From contig JAYQLI010000035.1 of NCBI GenBank assembly GCA_038143065.1, positions 1,824,894 through 1,888,893 on the forward strand: 64,000 nt of DNA, given 5' to 3'. The notes beneath the pieces are model-generated. The model worked only from the letters and a program-made list of their open reading frames with translations. It ran no database searches and was not told the origin of the DNA. This document shows, one piece after another, positions 1 to 9,762 of this stretch. Position 1 is the first letter of the stretch, and each line of letters starts with the position of its first letter. A program made the translations under genes and the position numbers. This stretch comes from Rhodospirillales bacterium. GTDB lineage: Bacteria > Pseudomonadota > Alphaproteobacteria > Bin95.

Positions 1-1
1 G

Positions 2-325
2 GTCGGGGCATGGCGCCGAAACCCAGATGCTCGATGGGGCCGTGGACAACCAGACCTTGCAAGCTTAACCAAGTTACAGTCAGAAATTCTCGATCGCGCT
101 GCACGTCTTGTAAAACCAGGAGGAAGACTAGTTTACGTAACATGTTCGTTAATTCCTGAAGAAAATGAATTACAAACAAGTGCATTTCTTTCACGAACCG
201 CAGGGTTTTCTTACGGAACTTCCATTAATTTTCCTGTAAAGACTGATAAAGGTCATGTCACACTAACTCCAAGCGATACCGGGACTGATGGGTTTTTTAT
301 TGCTTGGCTGAATCGAGAAATATGA
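2..325 (+). CDS. RsmB/NOP class I SAM-dependent RNA m5C methyltransferase, C-terminal part (truncated by window edge)
   Basis: Frame 2 translated by hand: VGAWRRNPDARW...ILDRAARLVKPGGRLVYVTCSLIPEENE...GTDGFFIAW, with the TC motif VI of RsmB/Sun; stop TGA at 323-325. Confidence 0.85.
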   Translation, partial: VGAWRRNPDARWGRGQPDLASLTKLQSEILDRAARLVKPGGRLVYVTCSLIPEENELQTSAFLSRTAGFSYGTSINFPVKTDKGHVTLTPSDTGTDGFFIAWLNREI

Positions 326-348
326 TCCATTAACGTTCAATCCGCGTA
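323..348 (+). promoter_or_regulatory. Putative RpoE (ECF11, sigmaE-ChrR system) promoter
   Basis: TGATCC (323-328), 16-nt spacer, CGTA (345-348), matching the Rhodobacter-type sigmaE consensus; about 70 nt upstream of chrR. Confidence 0.7.
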
Positions 349-416
349 ACAACTCAAAATGAACTAAAACTGTTCGGTGTTAAGGTTCAATTGAAAAGGA
401 TTAGGTAAGGTTGAAA

Positions 417-1061
417 ATGTCCAACGAGTTCCACGTGGCTGAGGAAGACCTCTTTAATTATGGGGCAGGCGCTTTAGAGGAAGCATGGAGTCTGGCAATA
501 GCTGCGCATCTGTCATTCTGTACTTCTTGTCGGTCAGCAACAGAACAGTTCGAAGCACTCGGCGGAATTACACTAGAGGACCTATCCCCTTCAGAATTGG
601 ATGCAAACTCCCTAGCTTTATGCCTAAAAAAACTTGATGCTCAAGCTCCTGAGGGTAAAGAGTTTAGTGTCTCCAAAGGTAGTATCCTGCCTGGTGTGCT
701 TCAAAAATATGTTGGACCTAACTTAGACCAAATCCAATGGAAAAGTGTTGGCGGAGGGGTAAAGCAGGCGATCATTCCAACTAAAGGCAAGGCCACCGCT
801 CGTTTGCTTCGTATACCTCCAGGCGTCGCAGTCCCTGAGCACAGCCATAATGGAACAGAATTAACCGTTGTTTTAGCGGGCTCTTATGCAGACGGGACTC
901 GGCGGTTCGAGCGTGGTGACATCCAACAAGCTGACACGGAGGTGCACCACTCCCCTAGCGTTGTTGGAGCTGAAGAATGCGTGTGCTTAGTTGCAACTGA
1001 CGCACCCCTTAAATTTAAATCTATTGTGCCAAGAGTAGTACAAAAATTTATCAATCTTTGA
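417..1061 (+). CDS. chrR: ChrR family anti-sigma-E factor
   Basis: N-terminal zinc anti-sigma domain (FH...YGAGAL...AAHLSFCTSC) plus C-terminal cupin (PEHSHNGTELTVVLAGSYAD...CVCLVATDAPLKF); alternative TTG start at 411. Confidence 0.9.
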   Translation: MSNEFHVAEEDLFNYGAGALEEAWSLAIAAHLSFCTSCRSATEQFEALGGITLEDLSPSELDANSLALCLKKLDAQAPEGKEFSVSKGSILPGVLQKYVGPNLDQIQWKSVGGGVKQAIIPTKGKATARLLRIPPGVAVPEHSHNGTELTVVLAGSYADGTRRFERGDIQQADTEVHHSPSVVGAEECVCLVATDAPLKFKSIVPRVVQKFINL

Positions 1062-1155
1062 GACTAATTATATAGTCTAGACCTCAATGCCGCCGCGGCT
1101 ACGAAGGCGACGTTGTCTTACCGCAACCAAAATCCTAACATCCTGCTGCCCATGA

Positions 1156-2202
1156 CTAAGCCGCAGTTTCAAATGATTTAAAATTCGACGGAATTAGTTT
1201 TATTTTTGAAATTAAATCAGTGTGACGATCATCTTCGATATCATCTGGCAAATCCAATCTTATGGTATCAACGACACCTCCAAAAGATTCAGATATCGCT
1301 TGTGGCAGATTTTCGTAAGTTCCAATTGCCGCGAACAGAGCGACGACGTCATCGGAAACCTCTCCAGCAAGTTCTGACCAACGCCCTTCCTTAGACATCG
1401 CGTGGAGTTTCAAGCCCAGATCCTCAAGACCATGCTGCTCAAATACTGGCAAATAGGTGCGAGTCGACCCATAAACCCCATCACGGTATCGAGCCCAATC
1501 TAAACGTTTTTTAACAGCCTCCTCATCTGGTCCAGTACAAATGAAACCTCCTCCGGAAATCTCGACTGCAGCGCGTTTGCGATTTGCCCGCGCCATACCT
1601 TCTTCAATCTTAGGCATACAAACGTTTTCAATATATTTTCGAGTGCAGAAGCTGTGGAGACGAACGCCATCAGCAACTCGACCAGCCATTCGAAGCATGT
1701 CAGGCCCAACCGCGGCTAGACTTATTGGAGGCAAAGAAAACCCGGTCTTTGGTGGAGAAAATTCTGGTGTCATTAAAGTGAATTGATAGTGCTCACCTTC
1801 AAATTTTAGTGGCTCTCCATATTCCCAACAACGCCAAATAGCTCGGATTGATTGAACGTATTCACGAAGACGCGGCACGGGTGCGAACCAAGGTGTAGAA
1901 AATCGGCGCTCATTATGACCCTTTACTTGAGAGCCCAACCCAAGCTCAAACCGGCCGCCCGACTGTGCATTAAGATCCCAACCAATATTAGCGGTAATCA
2001 TTGGGCTCCGCGGAAAAGCAACCGCAATAGATGTACCAAGCTGGACTTTTTGTGTTTCTTGGGACGCCAGAGCCAATGGCATAAAGGGATCGTGGGCGAG
2101 TTCAGAACTAGCAACACCATCATACCCAGCAGCCTCGGCCCACTGCGCCCGGGATAACGCTCGTCGCCAGTTATCAGTGGGCAATTGGCAAATAACTCGC
2201 AT
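1156..2202 (-). CDS. LLM-class oxidoreductase, probable F420-dependent TIGR03617 (MSMEG_2256)-like family
   Basis: Motifs ELAHDPF, LGTSIAVAFPRSPM, GRFELGLGSQVKGHNERRFS, FEGEHYQFTLMTPEF, STRTY. Confidence 0.8.
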   Translation of the reverse strand: MRVICQLPTDNWRRALSRAQWAEAAGYDGVASSELAHDPFMPLALASQETQKVQLGTSIAVAFPRSPMITANIGWDLNAQSGGRFELGLGSQVKGHNERRFSTPWFAPVPRLREYVQSIRAIWRCWEYGEPLKFEGEHYQFTLMTPEFSPPKTGFSLPPISLAAVGPDMLRMAGRVADGVRLHSFCTRKYIENVCMPKIEEGMARANRKRAAVEISGGGFICTGPDEEAVKKRLDWARYRDGVYGSTRTYLPVFEQHGLEDLGLKLHAMSKEGRWSELAGEVSDDVVALFAAIGTYENLPQAISESFGGVVDTIRLDLPDDIEDDRHTDLISKIKLIPSNFKSFETAA

Positions 2203-2313
2203 AACGATTTCCTGTCTGCTTTTGTTAAGTAAAATTTAATCAAACCTAACCCAAGATCAAAATGAAGACTAAGCTCACTAGCTATTTTAATAAAGCGGGC
2301 CTACATAGCGTTA

Positions 2314-2485
2314 GCGTGGGGTAAGCTGCGCGATGCGTTAGGACCTTAGAAATCCCGGGGCCGATATCGAAGCTCCAGGGAGCTGTCACTGCAGGGGATC
2401 GTGGTCTCCTACAAACGGCGCCCACCTCACTTGGTGAGGTCCCGGAGGATTCGTTCCAGTCCGACGGTCAAGCGGCACCCTACGC
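2314..2485 (+). ncRNA. ssrS: 6S RNA
   Basis: About 170 nt with closing stem GCGTGGGG...CCCTACGC and alphaproteobacterial 6S blocks (CCCGGGGCC, AGGGAGCTGTC, GGCGCCCACCT, ACGGTC); lies immediately upstream of ygfA, the classic ssrS-ygfA synteny; ends approximate. Confidence 0.85.
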
Positions 2486-2505
2486 ACCCCCAAGGGATAA
2501 AGAGC

Positions 2506-3087
2506 ATGCTCCCAATTGCTTCTGCAAAAATCTCCCTGCGCAAAGAAATGACAGCGCGCCGAAGGCATTTATTCAGCCAGAAACCAGGCGCTGGAGAGAT
2601 AATTGCGCAGATTGCATTAAGCCAGGGGCTCACGAAAACGGATGATATAATAAGCGTCTACTGGCCGATAAATAGCGAGCTGGACTGCAGACCTTTAATA
2701 CACGCTCTATGGCAAATTGGTCGACGCGTTGCTCTGCCAACTTCCTCTGAACACAGTAACCTCCTGGTGTTTCGCCGTTTCGCATCTGACACTTCTTTAG
2801 TGCCAGGTCTCTTTGGAACCCTACAGCCTCCAGATTCAGCGATTGCTGTTGAACCAAATATTCTTTTCCTGCCTCTACTCGCATTTGATGCATCTGGCAG
2901 GCGACTTGGATATGGTGGCGGTTTCTATGACCGAAGCCTCACAAAGCTCCGAAAGAATAAATTGGTAAAAGCGTACGGCCTCGCTTTTTCAGAGCAAGAG
3001 CGTGAACGAGTACCAACAGATGCCCTTGACCAGCCTCTAGACGGTATTCTAACCGAATTGGGTTTTCGGAAATTTGATTATAGCTAA
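2506..3087 (+). CDS. ygfA: 5-formyltetrahydrofolate cyclo-ligase
   Basis: K...LR start, YWPINSELD, PLLAFDASGRRLGYGGGFYDR, DQPLDGILTE; start moved to ATG 2506 because the upstream ORF extension overlaps 6S RNA. Confidence 0.92.
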   Translation: MLPIASAKISLRKEMTARRRHLFSQKPGAGEIIAQIALSQGLTKTDDIISVYWPINSELDCRPLIHALWQIGRRVALPTSSEHSNLLVFRRFASDTSLVPGLFGTLQPPDSAIAVEPNILFLPLLAFDASGRRLGYGGGFYDRSLTKLRKNKLVKAYGLAFSEQERERVPTDALDQPLDGILTELGFRKFDYS

Positions 3088-3109
3088 AAGAAATTTGTAG
3101 AGGTTTTCT

Positions 3110-3913
3110 ATGCGCATACTGTTCCTTGGAGATATAGTTGGGCGTTCTGGGCGCGAAGCTGTTGTTGCTGCAGCGCCACGCCTTCGCGATAGCTTAGACC
3201 TCGATCTTCTTGTGGTTAATGGGGAAAATTCAGCCCATGGCTTTGGCATCACACCCAAAATCTGCAAAGAGCTCTATGCATCAGGTGTAAACGTCATAAC
3301 GACGGGCAATCACGTTTGGGACAATCGTGAAATCCTCACCCATATTGACGACGATAAAAAACTGGTGAGGCCACTGAACTACCCAACCGGGACACCTGGC
3401 CGTGGTTGGGCAATTGTAGAAACTGAAAGAGCTGGAAAAGCTCTCATCGCAAATGTAATGCTCCGTCTATTTATGGATCCCCTTGATTGCCCATTTCAAG
3501 CAATGGACAAGGTCATGGCCACTGCACTCCTAGGACAAGATGTTTCAGCCATCGTGATCGACATGCATGGAGAAGCCACGAGTGAGAAAAGGGCTTTAGG
3601 CCACTTCCTAGATGGTCGAGCCTCTTTAGTAGTGGGTACTCACTCGCATGTTCCAACCGCAGATGGTCACATCATGACCGGAGGAACAGCCTACCTAACT
3701 GATGCTGGCATGTGTGGTGACTATGACTCAGTAATTGGCATGAGGAAGGAAGTGTCGGTCCAAACTTTTCGCAGCAAGCGGCGGGGAGAAAGAATGGGCC
3801 CAGCAGATGGCCAGGGATCTTTGGCCGGTGTTTTTGTCGAAACAGACTCAAAAACTGGTCTAGCGAAAGAAATTCGACCTTTTAGGGAGGGGTTTGGGTT
3901 AGAGCCCTCATAA
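3110..3913 (+). CDS. ymdB: TIGR00282/YmdB family metallophosphoesterase
   Basis: MRILFLGDIVG, NGEN, TTGNHVWD, DMHGEATSEK, VGTHSHVPTAD, TDAGMCG. Confidence 0.92.
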   Translation: MRILFLGDIVGRSGREAVVAAAPRLRDSLDLDLLVVNGENSAHGFGITPKICKELYASGVNVITTGNHVWDNREILTHIDDDKKLVRPLNYPTGTPGRGWAIVETERAGKALIANVMLRLFMDPLDCPFQAMDKVMATALLGQDVSAIVIDMHGEATSEKRALGHFLDGRASLVVGTHSHVPTADGHIMTGGTAYLTDAGMCGDYDSVIGMRKEVSVQTFRSKRRGERMGPADGQGSLAGVFVETDSKTGLAKEIRPFREGFGLEPS

Positions 3914-4244
3914 TATTGGGACAACCTCCTAATATCTTTCCGGTTTTCCAAGCCTGGATTTTAGTAACTAAAATTAACTGAATGTAGCTACCCCTCATGT
4001 TTCACTTATCAAATGCTTTAGCTGCCTAATTATCGATATTGCTATGAGCCAATAGGGGCTCTCTATAGAGGCGCTCAAACAGTCAAAATCCCTAAAATAA
4101 AATTAGGTTTTGTTAATGACAGTATCTTGTTTATCTCGAACTCCCACACTTTATCTTGAGCGGTTCGTTGGCGAACCTGCCGACTTTGAGTATGATCAAA
4201 CCTGGTACAAAATATCATCGAAATATTGGCAGTAGGTAACAGCA

Positions 4245-5000
4245 ATGGCGGGCCACTCACAATTTAAGAATATCATGCATCGTAAAGGCGCTCAGGATGC
4301 AAAACGCGCCAAGATATTTACCCGCATCGGTCGAGAAATAATGGTAGCTGTCAAAACAGGCGGCGGACCAGATCCTTCAGGAAATCCTGCTCTTAGGGCT
4401 GCGATCCAAGCGGCTCGTGGTGCAAATATGCCTAATGACCGTATTGACCGTGCTATCAAACGCGCATCAGGCGCGGATGGAGAAGCAGAAAACTTCGAAG
4501 AAGTTCGGTATGAAGGATATGGACCAGGTGGGGTTGCATTGATCGTTGAGACCCTTACAGACAACCGCAATCGAACAGCGGCTGACGTTCGCGCAGCTTT
4601 TAATAAATATGGTGGCTCCCTAGGAGAAACTAACTCAGTCGCTTTCATGTTTGACCGAGTGGGGCTCGTTATTTACGAGGACCCCAAGCTTGACCACGAC
4701 ACAGTTTTTGAAGCAGCACTGGAAGCCGGAGCAGAAGACGTTCAATCCAGCGAAGAACTGCATGAAATTTTCACAGCGGCCGATGATCTTTCCAACGTTC
4801 GAGAAAGCCTTGAAGGTGCCTTTGGCTCACCTTCTTCAGCAAGACTAGCTTGGCGACCACAAAATTCCACGCCTGTTGATACTGATAAAGCTCACACCTT
4901 GATGAAGTTACTTGAAGTCCTGGATGAGCATGATGACGTCCAAACCATTTTTGGTAATTACGATATACCCGATGATGTGATGGCTGAGCTTGCCAACTAA
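4245..5000 (+). CDS. yebC: YebC/PmpR family protein
   Basis: [33 protein letters not shown]; upstream of ruvC. Confidence 0.95.
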   Translation: MAGHSQFKNIMHRKGAQDAKRAKIFTRIGREIMVAVKTGGGPDPSGNPALRAAIQAARGANMPNDRIDRAIKRASGADGEAENFEEVRYEGYGPGGVALIVETLTDNRNRTAADVRAAFNKYGGSLGETNSVAFMFDRVGLVIYEDPKLDHDTVFEAALEAGAEDVQSSEELHEIFTAADDLSNVRESLEGAFGSPSSARLAWRPQNSTPVDTDKAHTLMKLLEVLDEHDDVQTIFGNYDIPDDVMAELAN

Positions 5001-5001
5001 G

Positions 5002-5514
5002 ATGTCATCACCTCGTCGTATAATTGGTCTTGACCCTGGATTGCAGCGGACCGGGTGGGGTGTGATCGTGGCCGAAGGGAACCGCCTTTCACATGTAGCT
5101 AACGGTGTTATACAAACACTGGCAAAAGCACCTATTCCTGAACGCTTAACTGAAATAGATGCGGGTATATCTGCAGTAATAAGTGAATTTCACCCGGATG
5201 AAGCAGCTGTCGAGGAAACATTTTTGAATAGAAATCCCGGCACAACCTTAAAGCTTGGACTAGCTCGCGGGGTTGTTCTACTTACCCCAGCACGAGCTGG
5301 ACTGCCGGTATCAGAATACGCTGCTAAAGAAGTAAAAAAATCGTTAGTTGGTTATGGTTCAGCGGATAAAACGCAAGTAGCCGCAATGGCCTCTCGCTTA
5401 TTACCCGGTGTCGAATTTGCTAATGAGGACGCAGCTGATGCCATTGCAGTAGCAATTTGTCATGCACACGCCAGTCAAACTATGAACCGGTGGGCTAAGG
5501 TCGCCAATCTATGA
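5002..5514 (+). CDS. ruvC: Holliday junction endonuclease RuvC
   Basis: IIGLDPGL..TGWG, AAVEETF, LGLARGV, DAADAIAVAICH catalytic acidic residues. Confidence 0.95.
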   Translation: MSSPRRIIGLDPGLQRTGWGVIVAEGNRLSHVANGVIQTLAKAPIPERLTEIDAGISAVISEFHPDEAAVEETFLNRNPGTTLKLGLARGVVLLTPARAGLPVSEYAAKEVKKSLVGYGSADKTQVAAMASRLLPGVEFANEDAADAIAVAICHAHASQTMNRWAKVANL

Positions 5515-6128
5515 TAGGCCGTCTAACAGGAATTGTTGAAGACTTGGGTGGCAATCAAGCAATCGTCGACGTCAATGGCGTAGGCTACCTTGTTTATTGC
5601 TCATCAAAAACACTTGCCGTTGCCGAAACGGGTTCGCCTGTGCAGCTAGAAATAGAAACACAAGTGCGGGAAGATGCATTCATTCTTTATGCATTTGCGG
5701 CAAAACAAGAAAAAAACTGGTTCAAACTCCTGACCAGCGTGCAAGGTGTAGGTGGTCGAGTGGCGTTACAAATTCTGTCTGCTCTTGGACAAGATGAACT
5801 TGCTACGGCTATTCTTTCTGAGGATAGGAAGGCTGTTTCCCGTGCCGATGGTGTTGGCCCTAAGCTAGCACAACGTATTATCTCGGTTCTCAAAGACCGG
5901 GTAATTGAAACTGACAGCGCCCCAAATATTTTGCATCCAAGTGGTGAAGCAAGCTCAAGCAGTCAAAGTGGGGCAGAGCACACGGAAGCTATTTCGGCCC
6001 TTGTAAATTTAGGGTACGGACGTGCAGAGGCATTCTCTGCCGTATCGCGTGCCGTGAGCAACATTGGAACAGATGAAACGCTGTCTGCTCTTATAACGGC
6101 ATCGCTTAAAGAGGCGGCTGGTTCATGA
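5511..6128 (+). CDS. ruvA: Holliday junction branch migration protein RuvA
   Basis: [23 protein letters not shown], HhH motifs VQGVG and [16 protein letters not shown]. Confidence 0.95.
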   Translation: MIGRLTGIVEDLGGNQAIVDVNGVGYLVYCSSKTLAVAETGSPVQLEIETQVREDAFILYAFAAKQEKNWFKLLTSVQGVGGRVALQILSALGQDELATAILSEDRKAVSRADGVGPKLAQRIISVLKDRVIETDSAPNILHPSGEASSSSQSGAEHTEAISALVNLGYGRAEAFSAVSRAVSNIGTDETLSALITASLKEAAGS

Positions 6129-7150
6129 CGGAAGATCGTCTTATTGATGCTTTGGCTCATGACGATGATTCTGGTGAAGCCTCCATGCGGCCAGAACGTC
6201 TGTCAGACTTTGTTGGCCAAGCTAAAGTGCGTGAAAACTTAGAAGTTTTTGTAAAGGCAGCAAAAAATCGAGGTGATGCACTAGACCATGTGCTTTTGAT
6301 TGGTCCCCCAGGCCTCGGTAAAACAACGTTAGCGCAGATTGTGGCAGCTGAACTGGGTGTTGGTTTTCGAGCAACTTCAGGGCCAGTAGTGGCGCGCGCC
6401 GGTGACCTTGCTGCCCTCCTTACAAACTTACAGCCCCGTGATGTACTTTTCATTGACGAAATACATCGTCTTATTCCTGCCGTAGAAGAAATTCTCTATC
6501 CAGCAATGGAAGACTTTCATCTGGACTTAATCATAGGAGAAGGACCAGCGGCGCGCTCAGTCCGTATCGACTTGCCTCCATTTACCCTAGTAGCGGCAAC
6601 AACTAGAGCTGGACTGGTGCAAGGACCTCTTCGGGACCGGTTTGGGATCCCACTACGCCTTGGTTTTTACACTGTGGAGGAATTATCCCGTATTGTTATG
6701 CGAGGCGCAGGAATTCTTTCCACCTCTATGACACTAGATGGAGCCGAAGAAATAGCTAGGCGGTCGCGCGGCACTCCGAGAATTGCTGGACGACTACTCC
6801 GCCGGGTCAGAGACTTCGCTGCAGTTGAGGGCCTTGATAACATAGATGCCCATGCAGCCGATCGAGCATTGTTGAGATTGGAAGTTGATTCGGAAGGTTT
6901 AGATGCCATGGATCGCCGCTATCTTGCCTGCTTGGCAGAACGTTACAACGGAGGACCAGCTGGGGCGGAAGCACTGGCGGCTGCACTCGCTGAACAAAGG
7001 GACGTAATTGAAGACGTCATAGAGCCTTTTCTTATTCAACAAGGCTTTGTGCTAAGAACGCCAAGAGGGCGCATGCTACCCCCTAAAGGCTACCAAGCAA
7101 TTGGGATTATGCCACCTACAAAATCAGGCGAGGGGGATCTGTTCAACTAA
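6125..7150 (+). CDS. ruvB: Holliday junction DNA helicase RuvB
   Basis: Walker [37 protein letters not shown]. Confidence 0.97.
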   Translation: MTEDRLIDALAHDDDSGEASMRPERLSDFVGQAKVRENLEVFVKAAKNRGDALDHVLLIGPPGLGKTTLAQIVAAELGVGFRATSGPVVARAGDLAALLTNLQPRDVLFIDEIHRLIPAVEEILYPAMEDFHLDLIIGEGPAARSVRIDLPPFTLVAATTRAGLVQGPLRDRFGIPLRLGFYTVEELSRIVMRGAGILSTSMTLDGAEEIARRSRGTPRIAGRLLRRVRDFAAVEGLDNIDAHAADRALLRLEVDSEGLDAMDRRYLACLAERYNGGPAGAEALAAALAEQRDVIEDVIEPFLIQQGFVLRTPRGRMLPPKGYQAIGIMPPTKSGEGDLFN

Positions 7151-7548
7151 TGAACAGTGCCGCCCCCGAAACCCTCTCGCTCCGAGTGTACTACGAAGAT
7201 ACAGACGCTGGCGGAATTGTTTATCATGCCGCTTATCTTCGGTTTGCAGAACGCGGGAGGACAGAATTTGTCCGAAAACTTGGCATAGACCAGCAACAGT
7301 TGCGCGCTGAAACAGGTTCGGGCTTCGTTGTGACGTCGCTTACCATCGATTATCTGAAACCCGCTTTCCTCGACGACAATTTAACGATCACCACGGAAAT
7401 TGATCGTATTCGACCTGCAAGTGTGAATTTTAAACAGACAGTGGCTCGGGAGAGACAAATTATAGCCCATCTTAAAGTTCGAGTTGCATGTGTAGATGGT
7501 GATGGACGTTTAACACGACTACCAAGAGCTTTTGCTATATCGCCTTAG
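7150..7548 (+). CDS. ybgC: Tol-Pal-associated acyl-CoA thioesterase
   Basis: RVYYEDTDAGGIVYHAAYLRFAERGRTE; between ruvB and tolQ. Confidence 0.92.
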   Translation: MNSAAPETLSLRVYYEDTDAGGIVYHAAYLRFAERGRTEFVRKLGIDQQQLRAETGSGFVVTSLTIDYLKPAFLDDNLTITTEIDRIRPASVNFKQTVARERQIIAHLKVRVACVDGDGRLTRLPRAFAISP

Positions 7549-7582
7549 TTCCGCCCTTTTTTTGGCTAGAAAGAATAAAATT

Positions 7583-8296
7583 ATGGATAATACAATTGTA
7601 TCTGAGGCTGTTAGCCAGTCTGGTGGACTTTCCCCAGTAGAGCTTTTTCTCGCCGCAGACTTCGTCGTTAAGACAGTAATGGCAATATTGCTCGCTCTAT
7701 CAGTCTGGTGCTGGGCTGTAATTGTAGCCAAGTGGCGTTTAATCGTTCAGCTTAATAAAGATGCTTCCGATTTTGAGGATGCATTTTGGTCCGGTGGATC
7801 ACTTGATGAGCTTTACGATAGAGTTAACGGCAATCCTTCCGATCCTATGACATCTGTTTTTTCTGTCGCCATGCGTGAATGGCGCCGTGCCGCGAATAAA
7901 GACCCCAAGAAAAATTTTGGCGTAGGCCTAAAAGAACGCTTAGACCGAGTAATGTCTGTAGCTATCGGTAGGGAAATGTCACTAGTTGAGAAGGGCATGA
8001 CAGTTCTCGCCTCAACTGGGTCGACAGCTCCATTTATCGGTCTCTTTGGAACAGTCTGGGGTATTATGAATAGCTTTGGCGCCATTGCTGCTGAAAAGAC
8101 CACAAATCTTGCCGTCGTAGCACCCGGGATTGCAGAGGCTCTATTTGCCACTGCAATGGGTTTATTCGCTGCAATTCCTGCTTCCCTTGCCTACAATAAA
8201 TTTGCGGCAGACATGAATCAGTATTCAGGCCGACTTGAGACTTTTGCTGGTGATTTCCAAGCAATTCTCTCCCGTCAAATTGATGAGGAGGGATAG
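7583..8296 (+). CDS. tolQ: TolQ
   Basis: LASTGSTAPFIGLFGTVWGIM, VVAPGIAEALFATAMGL; start set at ATG 7583. Confidence 0.95.
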   Translation: MDNTIVSEAVSQSGGLSPVELFLAADFVVKTVMAILLALSVWCWAVIVAKWRLIVQLNKDASDFEDAFWSGGSLDELYDRVNGNPSDPMTSVFSVAMREWRRAANKDPKKNFGVGLKERLDRVMSVAIGREMSLVEKGMTVLASTGSTAPFIGLFGTVWGIMNSFGAIAAEKTTNLAVVAPGIAEALFATAMGLFAAIPASLAYNKFAADMNQYSGRLETFAGDFQAILSRQIDEEG

Positions 8297-8299
8297 AGC

Positions 8300-8740
8300 A
8301 TGGCGGGTGGCCTGATTGGGCGCAGCACTGGAAATAGGCGAGGACGTCATAGACCTCTGGCTGAAATAAATGTGACACCATTCGTTGATGTTATGCTGGT
8401 GCTTTTAATTGTTTTTATGGTCACCGCACCACTTTTAACCGTAGGAGTTCCTGTCGAACTACCAAAGACGGCAGCAGCTCAGCTTGTCGACCGAGACGAG
8501 CCTCTAATTGTCACTGTAGATAGCGAAGGGCGCGTCTTTCTTCAGGAGACTGAACGCAGTTTAGATGCCTTGATTGCCACACTGAACGCAATTCGTGCTG
8601 AGAAGCCAGATGGCACTATCTATGTGAGAGGCGATAAAGAAATAGCTTATGGCGAAGTAATGCAGGTTATGGGAGCTCTGGTTAAAGCAGGCATTACGAA
8701 GCTTTCACTTGTAGCTGAAACACCTAATTCAGGTCGTTGA
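8300..8740 (+). CDS. tolR: TolR
   Basis: EINVTPFVDVMLVLLIVFMVTAP, YVRGD..IAYGEVMQVM. Confidence 0.95.
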   Translation: MAGGLIGRSTGNRRGRHRPLAEINVTPFVDVMLVLLIVFMVTAPLLTVGVPVELPKTAAAQLVDRDEPLIVTVDSEGRVFLQETERSLDALIATLNAIRAEKPDGTIYVRGDKEIAYGEVMQVMGALVKAGITKLSLVAETPNSGR

Positions 8741-8744
8741 GCCC

Positions 8745-9752
8745 GTGCATGGCAACATACTCGTCTCATTTTTGGGCCATATTGCCCTTATCCTCGTGAT
8801 GGCTTTTGGCCTACCAAGTTTTTTTCAGCCGGAAGAAACTGGTTTAACGGCTAACAGCGTTGGGATTATTAGCGAGGTTCAACTTGCAGAGCTTACAAGT
8901 GGTGGATTGCCGCCACCGAAAGATGCAAAGAAAAGTAAAACCTCCGAGGCGAAAACTCGCCCCACTCCCGCTGCCAAATCGAAAGAAGCTAATTCAGCAA
9001 CCTCGCCTAGGTTAGCCCCAACTTCGGCAAAAAAATCATCTAAAACCACGAAAGCCAATTCTTCAGCAAAATCACCGACAGCTAAAACAGCTCCTCGCCC
9101 ATTACCACCAAAACGGGCTAAGTCTTCGGAAGCGAAGAAACCTAAGCCTGAAACAACTAAAACTAAACCGCCTAAATTAGCAGCGCGAACATCGACAGAA
9201 AAACTCCAAACTAAAAAACAGGCCCCTGTGCCGCCACGCCGTACAGTTGAGGCAAAGCCTCCACAAAAATCGGCACCTAAACCTCAGCCCCCAAAACCTG
9301 CAGTCAAACCAAAGCCCAAGAAAAACGCAGATGATGCATTCGCCAACCTAATTGGGGGTGCCATTGGGGTCGAAAATAAAAAAGATGATATGAGTGCGAT
9401 TGCTGACGCGTTGGGCGTTGGTGTATCCAGCGGCCCTTTATCCAACACTATTCAACAAGCTATAGCATCGCGACTTGGAATGTGCTGGACTCCATTAAAG
9501 GGAGCGCCAGGAGCAGAAGATCTTATCGTTGAAGTTAGAATTCGATTATTGCCCACTTCAGAAGTAGACCAAGTTGAGATAGTCAAAAGACCCCCAGGTC
9601 AATTCGGCAATGTAGCCGCTCAGAGAGCGGAACAAGCTGTGCGCAAATGTAATCCATTTAACAAATCAGGTATTTTAACGCTGCCATTAAATAAATATCG
9701 AGACTGGCGAGAAATGCGTATTACCTTCGATCCCCGCAAGTACACAGGTTAG
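8745..9752 (+). CDS. tolA: TolA cell envelope integrity protein
   Basis: N-terminal TM with S..H motif (SFLGH), K/P/A-rich low-complexity linker, C-terminal CW...A..AV..C.P...W.E.ITFDP domain; between tolR and tolB. Confidence 0.85.
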   Translation: MHGNILVSFLGHIALILVMAFGLPSFFQPEETGLTANSVGIISEVQLAELTSGGLPPPKDAKKSKTSEAKTRPTPAAKSKEANSATSPRLAPTSAKKSSKTTKANSSAKSPTAKTAPRPLPPKRAKSSEAKKPKPETTKTKPPKLAARTSTEKLQTKKQAPVPPRRTVEAKPPQKSAPKPQPPKPAVKPKPKKNADDAFANLIGGAIGVENKKDDMSAIADALGVGVSSGPLSNTIQQAIASRLGMCWTPLKGAPGAEDLIVEVRIRLLPTSEVDQVEIVKRPPGQFGNVAAQRAEQAVRKCNPFNKSGILTLPLNKYRDWREMRITFDPRKYTG

Positions 9753-9762
9753 GAACTCCCGA

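Noticed and set aside
2401-2505. N-terminal extension of the ygfA ORF, and the 2386-2568 minus-strand ORF
   Set aside because: Both overlap the 6S RNA; family similarity begins only at ATG 2506
8920-9330. K/P/A-rich repetitive stretch as a tandem repeat or novel element
   Set aside because: Ordinary low-complexity TolA linker with no exact DNA repeat unit
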